Shown here: positions 31,055 through 45,979 of the stretch, piece by piece
How positions within the stretch are numbered: the first letter of the stretch is position 1
How the letters are laid out: every line of letters begins with the position of its first letter
Source: Eledone cirrhosa
Lineage: Eukaryota
Length of the DNA stretch: 64,000 nt
Assembly (NCBI GenBank): GCA_964016885.1
Contig: OZ024740.1
Coordinates: 61,752,001 to 61,816,000 of the forward strand
Direction of reading: 5' to 3'
Translations under genes and position numbers: made by a program
Notes under the pieces: model-generated
What the model was told of the DNA's origin: nothing
The model's input: the letters and a program-made list of their open reading frames with translations, nothing else
Databases searched by the model: none

Positions 31055-32270
31055 ACTCTGATTATTCTCTTTTTAATTACCCTTTCTGACTTACTTTCAT
31101 TCTTATCCTTGTCAATAATTTCATTTATTTTCACTTTTATTTATTTTTTTATTTATTTTTACCCCCCCCCCCTTTATTCTCCGATCCACTTCCTATTTTC
31201 TAGTTTTTACTTCCCCTTCTTTTACTTTCCTTGTTCCTCTACTAACTGATTATACTTGTCTTTTGTGTTTTTCAATCCAGATATATATTTCTTTTATTTT
31301 TGCGCAGCCTATCCTACAATTTTATATTTGTATTTATTTATCCACATTTCAATATGGCTGAATGCCTTAATGTGTGTATACTTTTTTTTACATATGTACA
31401 TGAGTGACTACGTATGTGCGCGCGCGTGCGTGCATGTATGTGTATATATATATATATATATATGTATATGTACGTGTATGTAAGCGTGTGTGTACTGGTG
31501 TTTGTGTGTGTGTGTGTGTGTGTATATTATGCGTATGTGTAAGTGTCTTTATATCCGTGTTTTTGACATTTCGGTTTTATATTTTTTTGTTTCTTTTTTC
31601 CTTCCCCCCCCCCCCCTCCCTCTTTTGTTACTTACCCAGTTTCATACATGGGCATGCAAACAGGTTTAATTGCGCGAGTATAAGTATGTGTATGTGTGTG
31701 TGTGTATGTACGTATCGAACGTATGGAAGTGTAAGTGAGCGTGTGTATATAAGCATAATTATTTTTACATTTCTTTTGTGAGACACGCGTGTCTGTGTAT
31801 GTATGTACCCCCGCTTTTTTTGTTTTCTTTAATTTTTTCTTTCTATCTTGTCTTTCTAATTTATCGTTACTATATTTTTATAAATATATCGTAATAGATA
31901 CTTTTCTTTTATTTATTATACTCTCTTTATCTCCTTCCTTTCTTTCCGCATCTTAGTGTATGAGCGTCCAGGCGTTTTTATGCGCGCGACTTTATTTTCT
32001 TATTTTTACGAAGTAACCATTTCCGTCTGTATAATACAGACATATAGATACATTTGCCCTAAACTTTTATAATTACGCACACTTTCTAACCATACATTTA
32101 CACGTGCACATATACATATATGCACATCTATGAGCGTATATACATACACATACACACACCTAACTATTTTTCTTGATAGATTTTTATATATTTCTATTTC
32201 TATTTCATTTATCTATATATTTTTTTTGATTTTTTTGATGTGTTTTTCTAAGTATTTGCCCATGTTTTAT

Positions 32271-32348
32271 ATTGCCTCGTCTGACGAACGAATGAAGTCG
32301 TTTATTTCGTATTCGCCTCATTCGGGAAACCTCTGGTAATGAGGTAAT
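32271..32348 (+). ncRNA. Type I hammerhead ribozyme at PLE 3' end
   Basis: 10-bp stem I, CTGACGA 32281-32287, stem II CGAATGA/TCATTCG, GAAA 32326-32329, CC-TCT-GG, GUA triplet. Confidence 0.9.
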
Positions 32349-32371
32349 TATATTGTATTGATTTTATACAT

Positions 32372-32979
<608 letters not shown>

Positions 32980-33429
32980 TAGGTGCAGAGCACTAGAAGT
33001 CGATGGAAACCGCAGAGTGGGGAGACCCAAGATGACCTGGGATGAGGTGATAAAAGCCGACCTTACCCAATTACACCTCTCAAAGGCGATTACACACGAC
33101 CGTGACCTCTGGCATCACGCAGTAATAGAGAGTACCCGACCTCCCATGGGTACAAGCTGAAGCATATAGACAATATGCCCCCCCCCCCCCCGGGAGGTGC
33201 CACGGCAAAAAAGCACCCAGCCCACACTGTAAAGTGGACGTGTAGGCGCCACGAAAAAGCACCCAGCATTCAGTGTAAATGAGGTTTGTGTTAGGAAGGG
33301 CATCCAGCTGTAGAATCAAGCCAAATCAGTTCCTGTATGAGCAAGGCATGGTCAGCTGACCAGACACTGCCCACAACAGGACAACCCATCTAACCCATGC
33401 TAGCGTGGAAGAACGGACGTAAAACGGTG

Positions 33430-33435
<6 letters not shown>
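32980..33435 (+). mobile_element. RTE LINE family B 3' fragment
   Basis: [20 protein letters not shown] plus a 3'UTR matching 39016-39500. Confidence 0.88.
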
Positions 33436-33462
<27 letters not shown>

Positions 33463-33797
33463 TCATTCATTTCATTTTACGTCCGCTTTTCCCTGCTTGC
33501 AAGGGTGGGACAGGAACTGATTCTGGCCTCATTTCTACAGCTGGATGCCCTTCCTAACACGAACCTCATTTACAGTGAGTGCTGGGTGCTTTTTTGCCGT
33601 TGCACCTACACGTCCACTTTGCAGTGGAATGATAGGGAACCCAGTCCCTATCATCTCATTTCTACAGCTGAGTAAACTGGAGCAATGTGAAATTATGTGT
33701 CTTGCTCAAGGAAACAACACATCACCCAGTCTGAGAATTGAACTCACAACCTTTCGATTGCAAGGCCAATGCTCAAACCACTAAGCCATGTGCCTCC
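33463..33797 (-). mobile_element. tRNA-head / CORE-like SINE with RTE-derived 3' tail
   Basis: A box TGGCTTAGTGG, B box GTTCAATTC, CCTTGAGCAAGACAC core, then a segment matching the RTE-B 3'UTR and an RTE-C-like terminus. Confidence 0.75.
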
Positions 33798-33815
33798 AAA
33801 AATCAGATATATATG

Positions 33816-33846
<31 letters not shown>

Positions 33847-33847
33847 G

Positions 33848-33880
<33 letters not shown>

Positions 33881-33883
33881 GTA

Positions 33884-33936
<53 letters not shown>

Positions 33937-34053
33937 GTATATATATGTATATATGTATATATATATATGTATATGTATATATATGTATATATGTATATAT
34001 ATATATGTATATATATATATACGTATATATATATATATGTATATATATATACG

Positions 34054-34126
<73 letters not shown>

Positions 34127-34237
34127 CGTAAAATAATGAACTTTTTTTTTAATATAAGGAACTGTTTCTTTGTTTATTCATTATTTTTTAAATAATTTAT
34201 ATGTATATATGTATATATATATATGTATATATATATG

Positions 34238-34270
<33 letters not shown>

Positions 34271-34286
34271 GTATATATATATGTAT

Positions 34287-35932
34287 ATAGGAACGAGTAG
34301 GACCCCGACGGCTGAGCTCAAGCCGTTTCGACGGCTAATTGTGGACTAAATGAACATTTTTATACTGGTATTTGAATAGCCGAGCTTCTCAAGGGGTAAT
34401 TCCATATATGGTAAAAGTCATTGTCACAAGGATTGGTCAAAAGTTTGTTGTTGAGACATAATAATTCTATCATAAACAAGAAAGTTGAACTGAACTGGTT
34501 ACTGCATGTAAACACAGACTGCGTAGGACTTACCTCGCCCTCAAACCCCATAATGACCGGGGGGCGGTATACTAGGGCTATAACACCCCACTTGCCGATT
34601 TTGTAATGGTTAACGCAAAGGTAGACGTAAGATCTTCTTTTATATCTTTTTATCGCTTCCTCTATATTTCCTTCTTCCCCCCTAGTCCTTCCACCCCAGT
34701 CCTCTTTCTTTGTCATCGTCCTTTTCATTTTCTCGCCCACCCGAGGCAGCTCCTCGGTCCTTTGCAGCTTCAGTACCCCCACCCCTTCCCCTATTCTATG
34801 ATAGATTTGGCCGACTCCGCTTTTTATAGCAGATGTGTTAGACCCGGGATACTTGCCTTCTTATCCGATCGCTGCCCTTTTTCCGTGCTTTCTATATTTC
34901 TTAGTGGTATCTTTGCTTTAATTTCTCGTATATCAGTATTTATTTTTGGGGGGGGGGGGGATTCTAAATTAATTTTCCGTATCAAATTTTACATATACTT
35001 CGTACGAGCATTTATGTAGTTTGCACTAGAATTTTTGTATCGTGGCGGCACCCTTAGAGATAGTATTAGTATTCTTTTTCGGGATTCTGAATTATTATTT
35101 CGTATTAGTTTATTTTTTTGCACTGGGTGGTCGCTGGCCTTGTGCCTGGGGTAGAAACCTTTATTTATTATTTCGTGGTAGTTTCTTTAGTATTTTGGCC
35201 CGTCACCGTAAGATATACTCGGTTTATTACTTATACCTCTTAAAAGTTTCTTTAGTATGTTGACCCGTCACCGTAAGATATACTCGGTTTATTACTTATA
35301 CCTCTTAAAAGGGTCTCATTATAATTCCGTCCCACTTAGTAAACCTTTCTTTAGCCTAGCAGTACAAGTGAGAGACTTGATAGCTGTCTTTAGGTCGTAG
35401 TAACCAGAAATTGTTTATTTTTTTTTTTATTTTTTTTTTTACATTTCATTGCTTTTTAACACTCTCGGTATTTTTCTATATATTTACCCCATATTGTTTT
35501 ACTTATTGTTTCGACTTACTCCCCCTCCCCCTCCCTAGTATCGTCTTTGACCTCATGCCCAGCTGTAGTCGGCACTATCAATGCATGACTGGGTCTCCTC
35601 CACCCCCTCTCCCTCCCTCTTTCTCCTACTGGCAGGTTCAGCTACCCCTTCCCTCCACAAATTGCCATGATAGAATTATTATGTCTCAACAACAAACTTT
35701 TGACCAATCCTTGTGACAATCACTTTTACCATATATGGAATTACCCCCTTGAGAAGCTCGGCTATTCAAATACCAGGATAAAAATGTTCATTTAGTCCAG
35801 AATTAGCCCTCGAAACGGCTTGAGCTCAGTCGTCGGGGTCCTACTCGTTCCTATTACCCACTCTACTACCCTAAGTATTGAGTACTTTGGTGCGTTATGG
35901 TCCACCTGGTTCCTTACCACATTTCCTCCGTT
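34287..35932 (+). mobile_element. Fold-back non-coding element, arms 34287-34473 / 35667-35854
   Basis: Inverted arms with hammerheads; internal ~47-bp direct duplication (35199-35247 / 35264-35311); TA flanks. Confidence 0.82.
35743..35839 (+). ncRNA. Type I hammerhead, U3-A8 variant (inverted copy 34302-34397)
   Basis: ACCCC-TTGAGAA-G..GGCTA...TAGCC..C-GAAA-CGGCT-TGAGCTC-AGYCG-TC-GGGGT. Confidence 0.78.
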
Positions 35933-35955
35933 ATATATGTATATATATATATGTA

Positions 35956-36000
<45 letters not shown>

Positions 36001-36002
36001 GT

Positions 36003-36282
36003 ATATTGGTAAACGGAATAGAAAATGCTGACAAATTGTTGACAGTGAAAAATAGTTTAATTAGGAATAAGTGAGAATTAGTAATTGTATTGGTTAGAGC
36101 AAACATCACGGACGCTCTATCTCAAAATTATTTTTGAAAAGCATTAGAAATGCGCAACCGGTAAAACTTAAAACCAAAACTGAATACTAACCAATACAAT
36201 TACTAATTCTCACTTATTCCTAATTAAACTATTTTTCACTGTGAACAATTTGTCAGCATTTTCTATTCCGTTTACCAATATA
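36003..36282 (+). mobile_element. Small fold-back element (arms 36003-36097 / 36187-36282) with degenerate hammerhead in spacer (36131-36166)
   Basis: TTT-TTGAAAA-GCATT-AGA-AATGC-GCAA-CCGG-TA-AAA (GAAA changed to GCAA). Confidence 0.7.
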
Positions 36283-36365
36283 TAATAACTTGTGTGTTAC
36301 ACCTCTATTCTTTTAAATATATATGTATATATATATATGTATATATATATATGTATATATATATA

Positions 36366-38431
36366 CAGTCTCCCCCATATCGACCCGATAGAGGGACCAG
36401 CAGTGTTAGTCGAGGGGAGTATAATAAGTAAGGCAATCAAGGATATGAAGACTGGTAAGGCGGCTGGGCCTTCGGAAATAGTTGCTGAGATGCTGAAGGC
36501 ATCTGGCACGGTGGGACACACCATGGTCACCCGCATAGTTAACCAAGTCGTACAGAATGGGGTTGTTCCGAAGGACTGGCATAGCAGCATCATCGTTAAC
36601 TGTTATAAGGGTAAAGGAGACGCCCTAGATAGGAGTAACTATAGAGGCATTAAATTAATCGACCAGGTCATGAAGGTCACGGAAAAAGTAATAGCGCAAC
36701 TAATCAGAGAGAGAATTGATCTAGATGAAATGCAGTTCGGGTTTGTGTCAGGCAAAAGCACCACAGACGCTCTTTTCATAGTACGACAACTACAGGAGAA
36801 GTACCTAGCTAAAGGTAAACCCCTCTACTTAGCTTTTGTCGACCTGGAGAAAGCCTTCGACAGAGTCCCCCGCTCCATTATCTGGTGGGCTCTTAGAAAA
36901 CTAGGCGTTGACGAATGGCTTGTGAGGGCTATACAAGCCATGTATAAAGAAACAGTCAGCAAGGTTAGAATTAACAACGAATATAGTGAAGAGTTTAGCG
37001 TAAAAGTTGGCGTCCATCAGGGCTCTGTTCTCAGCCCCCTACTATTTATTATTGCCCTTCAGGCTATAACAGAGGAGTTCAAGACAGGCTGCCCATGGGA
37101 ACTCCTATACGCAGACGACCTGACACTCATAGCGGAATCAATGGCCGAGCTAGAGAAGAAATTCCAAACATGGAAGCACGGCCTAGAGTCAAAAGGACTT
37201 AAAATTAACCTGGCTAAGACCAAAGTTCTAGTTTGTAGGAAAGAAAACAAGGCGGCGGTCCCTTCTGGGAAATGGTCGTGCTCGGTATGTAGGAAAGGCG
37301 TAGGTAGAAACTCCATCTTATGTCCTAAATGCAAAGTATGGGTGCATAAAAGATGTAGTGGGATCACAGGTAAGCTAACTAAGAACATAGACTTTACATG
37401 TGGCCGGTGTTCTGGTGCAATAAGTAGCAGCAAGTGCCCACAAAATACTAGCTCTTTCAATTGCGCAGAGGGTTCTATAGAAATAGTGGACAGCTTCCGT
37501 TACCTGGGCGATAAAATCAGCAGTGGGGGAGGGTGCTCTGAAAGTACTGTAGCTAGAGTCAGAACTGGTTGGAAAAAGTTCAGAGAGCTTATACCACTAT
37601 TAGCTGCTAAAGGGTTCTCCCTAAAAATGAAAGGCAGGTTGTACGATGCCTGCATACGAACAGCAATGTTGCATGGTAGTGAGACCTGGGCATTGTGTGC
37701 AGAGGATATACGCAGACTAGAGAGGAACGAAGCTTGCATGCTCCGCTGGATGTGTAACAGTAATATACGTGAACGGCAAAGCATAAACGAACTAAGGAAA
37801 AAATTAGAGATAAGAGGGATCAGATATTGTTTACTCGAGAGAAGGCTGCGTTGGTATGGACACGTGATGCGCATGAAAGTCGATAGCTGTATTACAAAGT
37901 GCAGGGCAATAAAGATAGACGGTAGCCACGGAATAGGCAGACCTAGAAAAACATGGGATGAGCTGATAAACTCCGACCTCACACACTTACACCTCTCCAA
38001 GACAATGTCACTGGACCGTGACCTTTGGCGGTACTCAGTAACAGAGAAGACCCGCCTTGCCAGTAGGCATCTCTAACAAACTACACCCCGTCCCGCCACC
38101 ACCCCCACCCCATCCACACCACCCCGTTCCATGTAAAGTTATGTTGGTGCCGCGCCATCCAGGCCGAAACAAACGAGATCGTGTAGGTGTCACGACAAAA
38201 AAACACACAGTCCACGCTGTAATGTGGCCGTGTAGGCAACACGGTAAAAACCTCCCAGACCCACACTGTAAATGTGGTTGGTGTTAGGAAGGGCATCCAA
38301 CTGTAGAAAACCTGCCAGACAGTCCTATGCGAGCAAGACAATCACTCTTGCCTCAAGTGGGACTACCCCCGTCCAAACCCATGCAAGCGTGGAACACGGA
38401 CGTTAAACGTTGATGATGATGATGATGATGA
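36366..38431 (+). mobile_element. RTE LINE family A, 5'-truncated, RT ORF open (YADD)
   Basis: ORF to 38076, 3'UTR, (GAT)n tail; small deletion at the stop codon region. Confidence 0.93.
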
Positions 38432-38479
38432 TATGTATATATATATGTATATATATGTATATTTTAATAAATATATATG

Positions 38480-38532
<53 letters not shown>

Positions 38533-38649
38533 GTATATATATATGTATATATATATATGTATATATATATATATGTATATATATGTGTATATATATATGT
38601 GTATATATATATATATGTATATATATATATGTATATGTATATATATGTG

Positions 38650-38680
<31 letters not shown>

Positions 38681-38717
38681 GTATATAAATATATATGTAT
38701 ATATATATATATATTTG

Positions 38718-38764
<47 letters not shown>

Positions 38765-38775
38765 GTATATATATG

Positions 38776-38808
<33 letters not shown>

Positions 38809-38837
38809 GTATATATATGTATGTATATATATATATG

Positions 38838-38868
<31 letters not shown>

Positions 38869-39015
38869 GTATATATATGTATGTATATATATATATGTAT
38901 ATATATATATGTATATATATATATATGTATATATATATATGTATATATATATATATGTATATATATGTATGTATATATATATATATGTATATATATATGT
39001 ATATATATGTATGTA
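38432..39015. repeat. (TA/TATG)n microsatellite
   Basis: Direct reading. Confidence 0.98.
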
Positions 39016-41268
39016 TCATCATCATCATCATCATCACCGTTTTACGTCCGTTCTTCCACGCTAGCATGGGTTAGACAGGTTGTCCTGTTGTGGGCAGTGT
39101 CTGGTCGGCTGACCATGCCTTGCTCATACAGGAACTGATCTGGCTTCATTTCTACAGCTGGATGCCCTTCCTAACACCAACCTCATTTACAGTGAGTGCT
39201 GGGTGCTTTTTCGTGGTGCCTACACGTCCACTTTACAGTGTGGGCTTGGTGCTTTTTTGCCGTGGCACCTCCACGACCACCTTGCGGTGGGGGGAGTGGG
39301 CGCATATTGTTTATATGCTTCAGCACGTACCCATGGGAGGTCGGGTACCCTGTATTACTGCGTGACGCCAGAAGTCACGGTCATGTGTCATTGACTTTGA
39401 GAGGTGTAGTTGGGTAAGGTCGGCTTTTATCACCTCATCCCAAGTCATCTTGGGTCTCCCCACTCCGCGGTTTCCATCAACTTCTAGTGCTCTGCACCTT
39501 TTTATGCAGCTGTCATCCTTCATACGCATCACATGTCCATACCAGCGTAACCGCCTCTCCTGCACGCAGCATTTGATTCCTCTTATGCTCAGTCTCTCTC
39601 TCAATTCCTTTATGCTTTGTCGTTCACGTATATTACTGTTACACATCCATCGGAGCATGCAGGCTTCGTTTCTCTCTAATCTACGTAAGTCTTCCACCTT
39701 CAGCGCCCAGGTCTCACTACCATGCAACATCGCTGTTCGGATACACGCATCATACAGTCTGCCTTTCATTCTGAGGGAGAAGCCTTTTGCAGCTAGCAGT
39801 GGTAGTAGTTCCCTAAACTTCTTCCATCCCGTTCTTACCCTAGTTATTGTACTTTCTGAGCACCCACCTCCGTTGCTAATTCGGTCACCTAGGTAGCAGA
39901 AGCTGTCTACTGTTTCTACAGGGCCCTCCCAGAGATTGGTGGTACTTGTTTCCTGTGGCTGTTTGCTTGGTGTTTCAGCACAGCTGCTGCATGTGAATCC
40001 TACATTCTTAATTAAGCTTCCTGAGATCCCGCTACATCTCTTGTGTACCCATTGTTTGCATTTGGGGCAGAGAATGGAGTTCCTACCTACACCTTTCCTA
40101 CATACTGAGCAAGGCCATTTCCCTGAGGGGATCTGGGTTCTGTTTTCTCGTCTACTTACAAGGACCTTAGTCTTTGTCATGTTGACTTTGAGGCCCTTTC
40201 TCTCTAGTCCCTGCTTCCAGGTTTGGAATTTATTCTCTAGTTCTACCATAGATTCAGCTATGAGTGCGAGGTCATCAGCATACAGGAGTTCCCATGGGCA
40301 TCCGGTCTTAAACTCCTCCGTTATTGCCTGCAGGACTATGATGAACAGGAGAGGGCTAAGAATAGAGCCCTGGTGGACCCCAACCTGTACGCTAAATTCC
40401 TCGCTATACTCATTGCTAATCCTAACTTTGCTGACTGCTCCCCTATACATGGCTTGTACCGCTTTCACAAGCCATTCATCTACTCCTAGTTTTCTAAGAG
40501 CCCACCAGATTACTGCACGTGGAACTCTGTCAAAGGCTTTCTCAAGGTCCACAAATGCCAAGTAGAGTGGTTTACTTTTAGCTAGGTACTTTTCCTGTAA
40601 TTGCCTCACAAGGAAGAGGGCATCAGTGGTGCCTTTCCCTGGTACAAACCCAAATTGCATCTCGTCTATATTCACCCGGTCCCTAATCAGCTGTGCTATA
40701 ACTCTTTCTGTTACTTTCATGACCTGGTCCATCAACTTTATACCTCTATAGTTTCCTCTATCTAGTGCATCGCCTTTACCTTTGTAGCAGTTGACAATGA
40801 TGCTACTGCACCAATCTTTTGGTATGGCCCCTTCTAGTATTACCTGGTTAACGATACGTGTGGTTATAGTGTGACCTACAGACCCAGATGCCTTCAGCAT
40901 CTCGGCAGCTATACCCGATGGACCGGTTGCCTTCCCTATCTTCATATCTCTGATTGCCTTACTTACTACGCTGCCGCTGACTTGTACTGCTGGTCCCTCT
41001 ATAGGGTATACGTGGGGTAGGGTCTCTTCTTCCCATGCATTCTCCTCATTTAGTAATCTATCATAATGACTCTTCCATGCATCTTTCTTCTCAGCACTTG
41101 TGAGGGCAAGCTCACCTTTATCATTCCGGATACACTTCTCTCCAGTGACATCACAACTATCTCTGACACACTGCCTCGCAATCTTGAATACCTCCTGTTT
41201 CTGGTCCTCACGTTGTAAAACATGCTTGAATTTTCTATCCTCTGCTTCCCTCCTAGCTTCCCTCTTGG
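39016..41268 (-). mobile_element. RTE LINE family B, 5'-truncated, RT ORF open
   Basis: ORF 39320-41268 with YADD and PHD-like finger; distinct 3'UTR; (GAT)n tail. Confidence 0.93.
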
Positions 41269-41330
41269 TATATATATATATATATGTATATATGTATATG
41301 TATATATGTATATGTATATATGTATATATA

Positions 41331-41753
41331 TAAAAGCCGACCTTACCCAACTACACCTCTCAAAGTCAATGACACACGACCGTGACTTCTGGCGTCACGC
41401 AGTAATACAGGGTACCCGACCTCCCATGGGTACATGCTGAAGCATATAAACAATATGCCCCCCCCCCCCCCCCCCCCACCGCAAGGTGGTCGTGGAGGTG
41501 CCACGGCAAAAAAGCACCCAGCCCACACTGTAAAGTGGACGTGTAGGCGCCACGAAAAAGCACCCAGCACTCACTGTAAATGAGGTTGGTGTTAGGAAGG
41601 GCATCCAGCTGTAGAAATGAAGCCAGATCAGTTCCTGTATGAGCAAGGCATGGTCAGCCGACCAGACACTGCCCACAACAGGACAACCCGTCTAACCCAT
41701 GCTAGCGTGGAAGAACGGACGTTAAACGGTGATGATGATGATGATGATGATGA
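41331..41753 (+). mobile_element. RTE family B 3' fragment
   Basis: Near-identical reverse complement of 39016-39430, with its own tail. Confidence 0.9.
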
Positions 41754-41791
41754 TATATATATGTATATATATATGTATATATATATGTATA

Positions 41792-42726
41792 TCATCATCA
41801 TCATCATTATCATCAACGTTTAACGTCCGTGTTCCATGCTTGCATGGGTTTGGACGGGGGTAGTCCCACTTGAGGCAAGAGTGATTGTCTTGCTCGCATA
41901 GGACTGTCTGGCAGGTTTTCTACAGTTGGATGCCCTTCCTAACACCAACCACATTTACAGTGTGGGTCTGGGAGGTTTTTACCGTGTTGCCTACACGGCC
42001 ACATTACAGCGTGGACTGTGTGTTTTTTTGTCGTGACACCTACACGATCTCATTTGTTTCGGCCTCGATGGCGCGGCACCAACATAACTTTACATAGAAC
42101 GGGGTGGTGTGGATCGGGTGGGGGTGGTGGTGGTGGGACGGGGTGTATTTTGTTAGAGATGCCTACTGGCTGGAGTAGGTTTTACTATATATTTAGGTAA
42201 GGCGGGTCTTCTCTGTTACTGAGTACCGCCAAAGGTCTCGGTCCAGTGACATTGTCTTGGAGAGGTGTAAGTGTGTGATGTCGGAGTTTATCAGCTCGTC
42301 CCAGGTTTTTCTAGGTCTGCCTATTCCGTGACTACCGTCTATCTTTATTGCCCTGCACTTTGTTATACAGCTATCGACTTTCATGCGCATCACGTGTCCA
42401 TACCAACGTAGCCTTCTCTCGAGTAAACAACATCTGATCCCTCTTATCTCTAATTTTTTCCTTAGTTCGTTTATGCTTTGCCGTTCACGTATATTACTGT
42501 TACACATCCAGCGGAGCATGCAAGCTTCGTTCCTCTCTAGTCTGCGTATATCCTCTGCACACAATGCCCAGGTCTCACTGCCATGCAGCATTGCTGTTCG
42601 TATGCAGGCATCGTACAACCTGCCTTTCATTTTTAGTGAGAACCCTTTAGCAGCTAATAGTGGTATAAGCTCTCTGAACTTTTTCCAACCAGTTCTGACT
42701 CTAGCTACAGTACTTTCAGAGCACCT
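41792..42726 (-). mobile_element. RTE family A 3' fragment
   Basis: Matches 14531-15465. Confidence 0.92.
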
Positions 42727-42748
42727 GTATATGTATATATATATGTAT

Positions 42749-42808
<60 letters not shown>

Positions 42809-42905
42809 ATATATATGTATATATGTATATATATATGTATATATGTATATATATATGTATATATGTATGTATATATGTATATATGTATGTATATATGTAT
42901 ATATG

Positions 42906-42946
<41 letters not shown>

Positions 42947-43475
42947 GTATATATGTATATATATATGTATATATATATGTATATATATATGTATATATAT
43001 ATGTATATGTATATGTATATATATATGTATATGTATATATATATATATGTATATGTATATATATATATGTATATATGTATATATATATGTATATATGTAT
43101 ATATATATATGTATATATATATGTATATATATATGTATATATATATGTATATATGTATATATATATGTATATATATATGTATATATATATGTATATATAC
43201 ATATGTATATATATATATGTATATATACATATGTATATATATATGTATATATATATATGTATATATACATATGTATATATATATGTATATATGTATATAT
43301 ATATGTATACATGTATATATATATGTGTATATGTATATATGTATATATATATGTATATATGTATGTATATATATATGTATATATGTATACGTACATACAT
43401 GTATATATATATGTATATATGTATATATGTATATATATATGTATATATGTATGTATATATATATGTATATATGTA
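42727..43475. repeat. (TATG/TA)n microsatellite
   Basis: Direct reading. Confidence 0.98.
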
Positions 43476-43985
43476 TACGTACATACATATATGTATACAG
43501 ACGTACAGTAGTATGTATATATATACATAGATGCACACATATATATATGCACGTATCGGTTTACTGAACATTTATTATAATGCTCGGTTTGTTTGTTTGT
43601 AAACAAACAAACAGCCTGAATTACGCTGTCTGAACTCACTCGATATGCAAATTAGGCTGATCAGCCGTTAATATGCATAAGGAAAGTATATACTTTCAGA
43701 CGTTCAACCATCTGACAGGAAGGTATACGATGCTGACGATAGCTAATAAGCTTGAAACTAGTACATCGTTCCTGTGTCAGTGTTGAACAAAAAGGTGACT
43801 TGGTTGCCTAAACTCTGTACGGCATAATTCGGGCTGTTTGTTTGTTTACAAACAAACAAACCGAGCATTATAATAAATGTTCGGTAAACCGATACGTGCA
43901 TATATATGTGTACATGTATGTATATATATACATACTACTGTACGTCTGTATACACATATGTATGTACGTATACATACATACATAC
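43476..43985 (+). mobile_element. Fold-back element, arms ~43476-43629 / 43819-43985
   Basis: Inverted arms around a spacer containing a hammerhead. Confidence 0.8.
43727..43769 (+). ncRNA. Minimal type I hammerhead ribozyme
   Basis: ACGATG-CTGACGA-TAGCT-AATA-AGCTT-GAAA-CTAG-TA-CATCGT; palindromic stem III. Confidence 0.88.
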
Positions 43986-44167
43986 TTACATTTAAGTAAG
44001 TGCCGTACTAAGAGTGAGAAATGAAATTTCGTTTCATTCTATTCCAATTATACATATATGTATATATATGTATAAAGGAACGATCGACTTTCGTCAAATC
44101 GGACCGAGGGAACAATGTTTCCGTTGCTCTTTCCAATTGCTAATACTATCTATCGGTCGCAACTCCT

Positions 44168-44291
44168 GGTAGAAGGAGCAACGTGAAATAAAGTGTCTTG
44201 CTCAAGGACAACGCATCGCCTGGTCCAGGAATCGAACTCACAACCTTACGATTGCGAATCCAATTCTCTAACCACTCAGCCACATGCCTTC
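44168..44291 (-). mobile_element. tRNA-head / CORE-like SINE 5' part
   Basis: TGGCTGAGTGG A box, GTTCGATTCC B box, CCTTGAGCAAGACAC; related to 33655-33797. Confidence 0.8.
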
Positions 44292-44309
44292 ATATGTATA
44301 TTTATGTTA

Positions 44310-45479
<1,170 letters not shown>

Positions 45480-45509
45480 GAAAATATTTATATATATATA
45501 TATATATAT

Positions 45510-45654
45510 TGTGGAAAGTGATATAAGGCTAAACAATGCAAAATGGATAAGATGAAAGTAACAAAAAATTTAGTTACCTGGTAAGCCTTTTGCTTTTGTT
45601 GCTGTAGTTTCTTTCATCCATTTTGTATTGTTTAGCCTTATATCACTTTCCACA
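45510..45654. repeat. Small fold-back (~45-bp inverted arms)
   Basis: TGTGGAAAGTGATATAAGGCTAAACAAT / ATTGTTTAGCCTTATATCACTTTCCACA. Confidence 0.85.
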
Positions 45655-45979
45655 TTATGTAATATATTATATACAATACTTCAAGCAAACTACTATATTA
45701 TATATATACATATATGTATGTATATATATATATATAAATGTAATTATGCTCACTTACACATATATACACATACACACACATATATACATATACATATGTA
45801 CGTATGGGTTATATCGAAAACTAATAATATTGTTTGATGCAAGCAGGGAAAAAGTGGACGTAAAATGAAATGATGATATAAATTTTGAGTATATGTTGGT
45901 TGTTTACCGACACCTCAGTATGCAGATTGGAGCACTCGATGAAGTACGCAGGTTGGTTTGTTTACTCCAGAATAATGTA

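Larger units (their letters stand above)
28848..32371 (+). mobile_element. Penelope-like element (Nematis-like) inserted in a TA tract, no 5' pLTR
   Basis: Uninterrupted ORF, microsatellite-rich 3'UTR, terminal hammerhead. Confidence 0.9.

Noticed and set aside
39016-41753. Terminal inverted repeats around RTE-B suggesting a DNA transposon
   Set aside because: Better explained by a second 5'-truncated copy in opposite orientation with its own tail
44215-44291. tRNA gene
   Set aside because: The tRNA-like head continues into a SINE core; treated as a SINE
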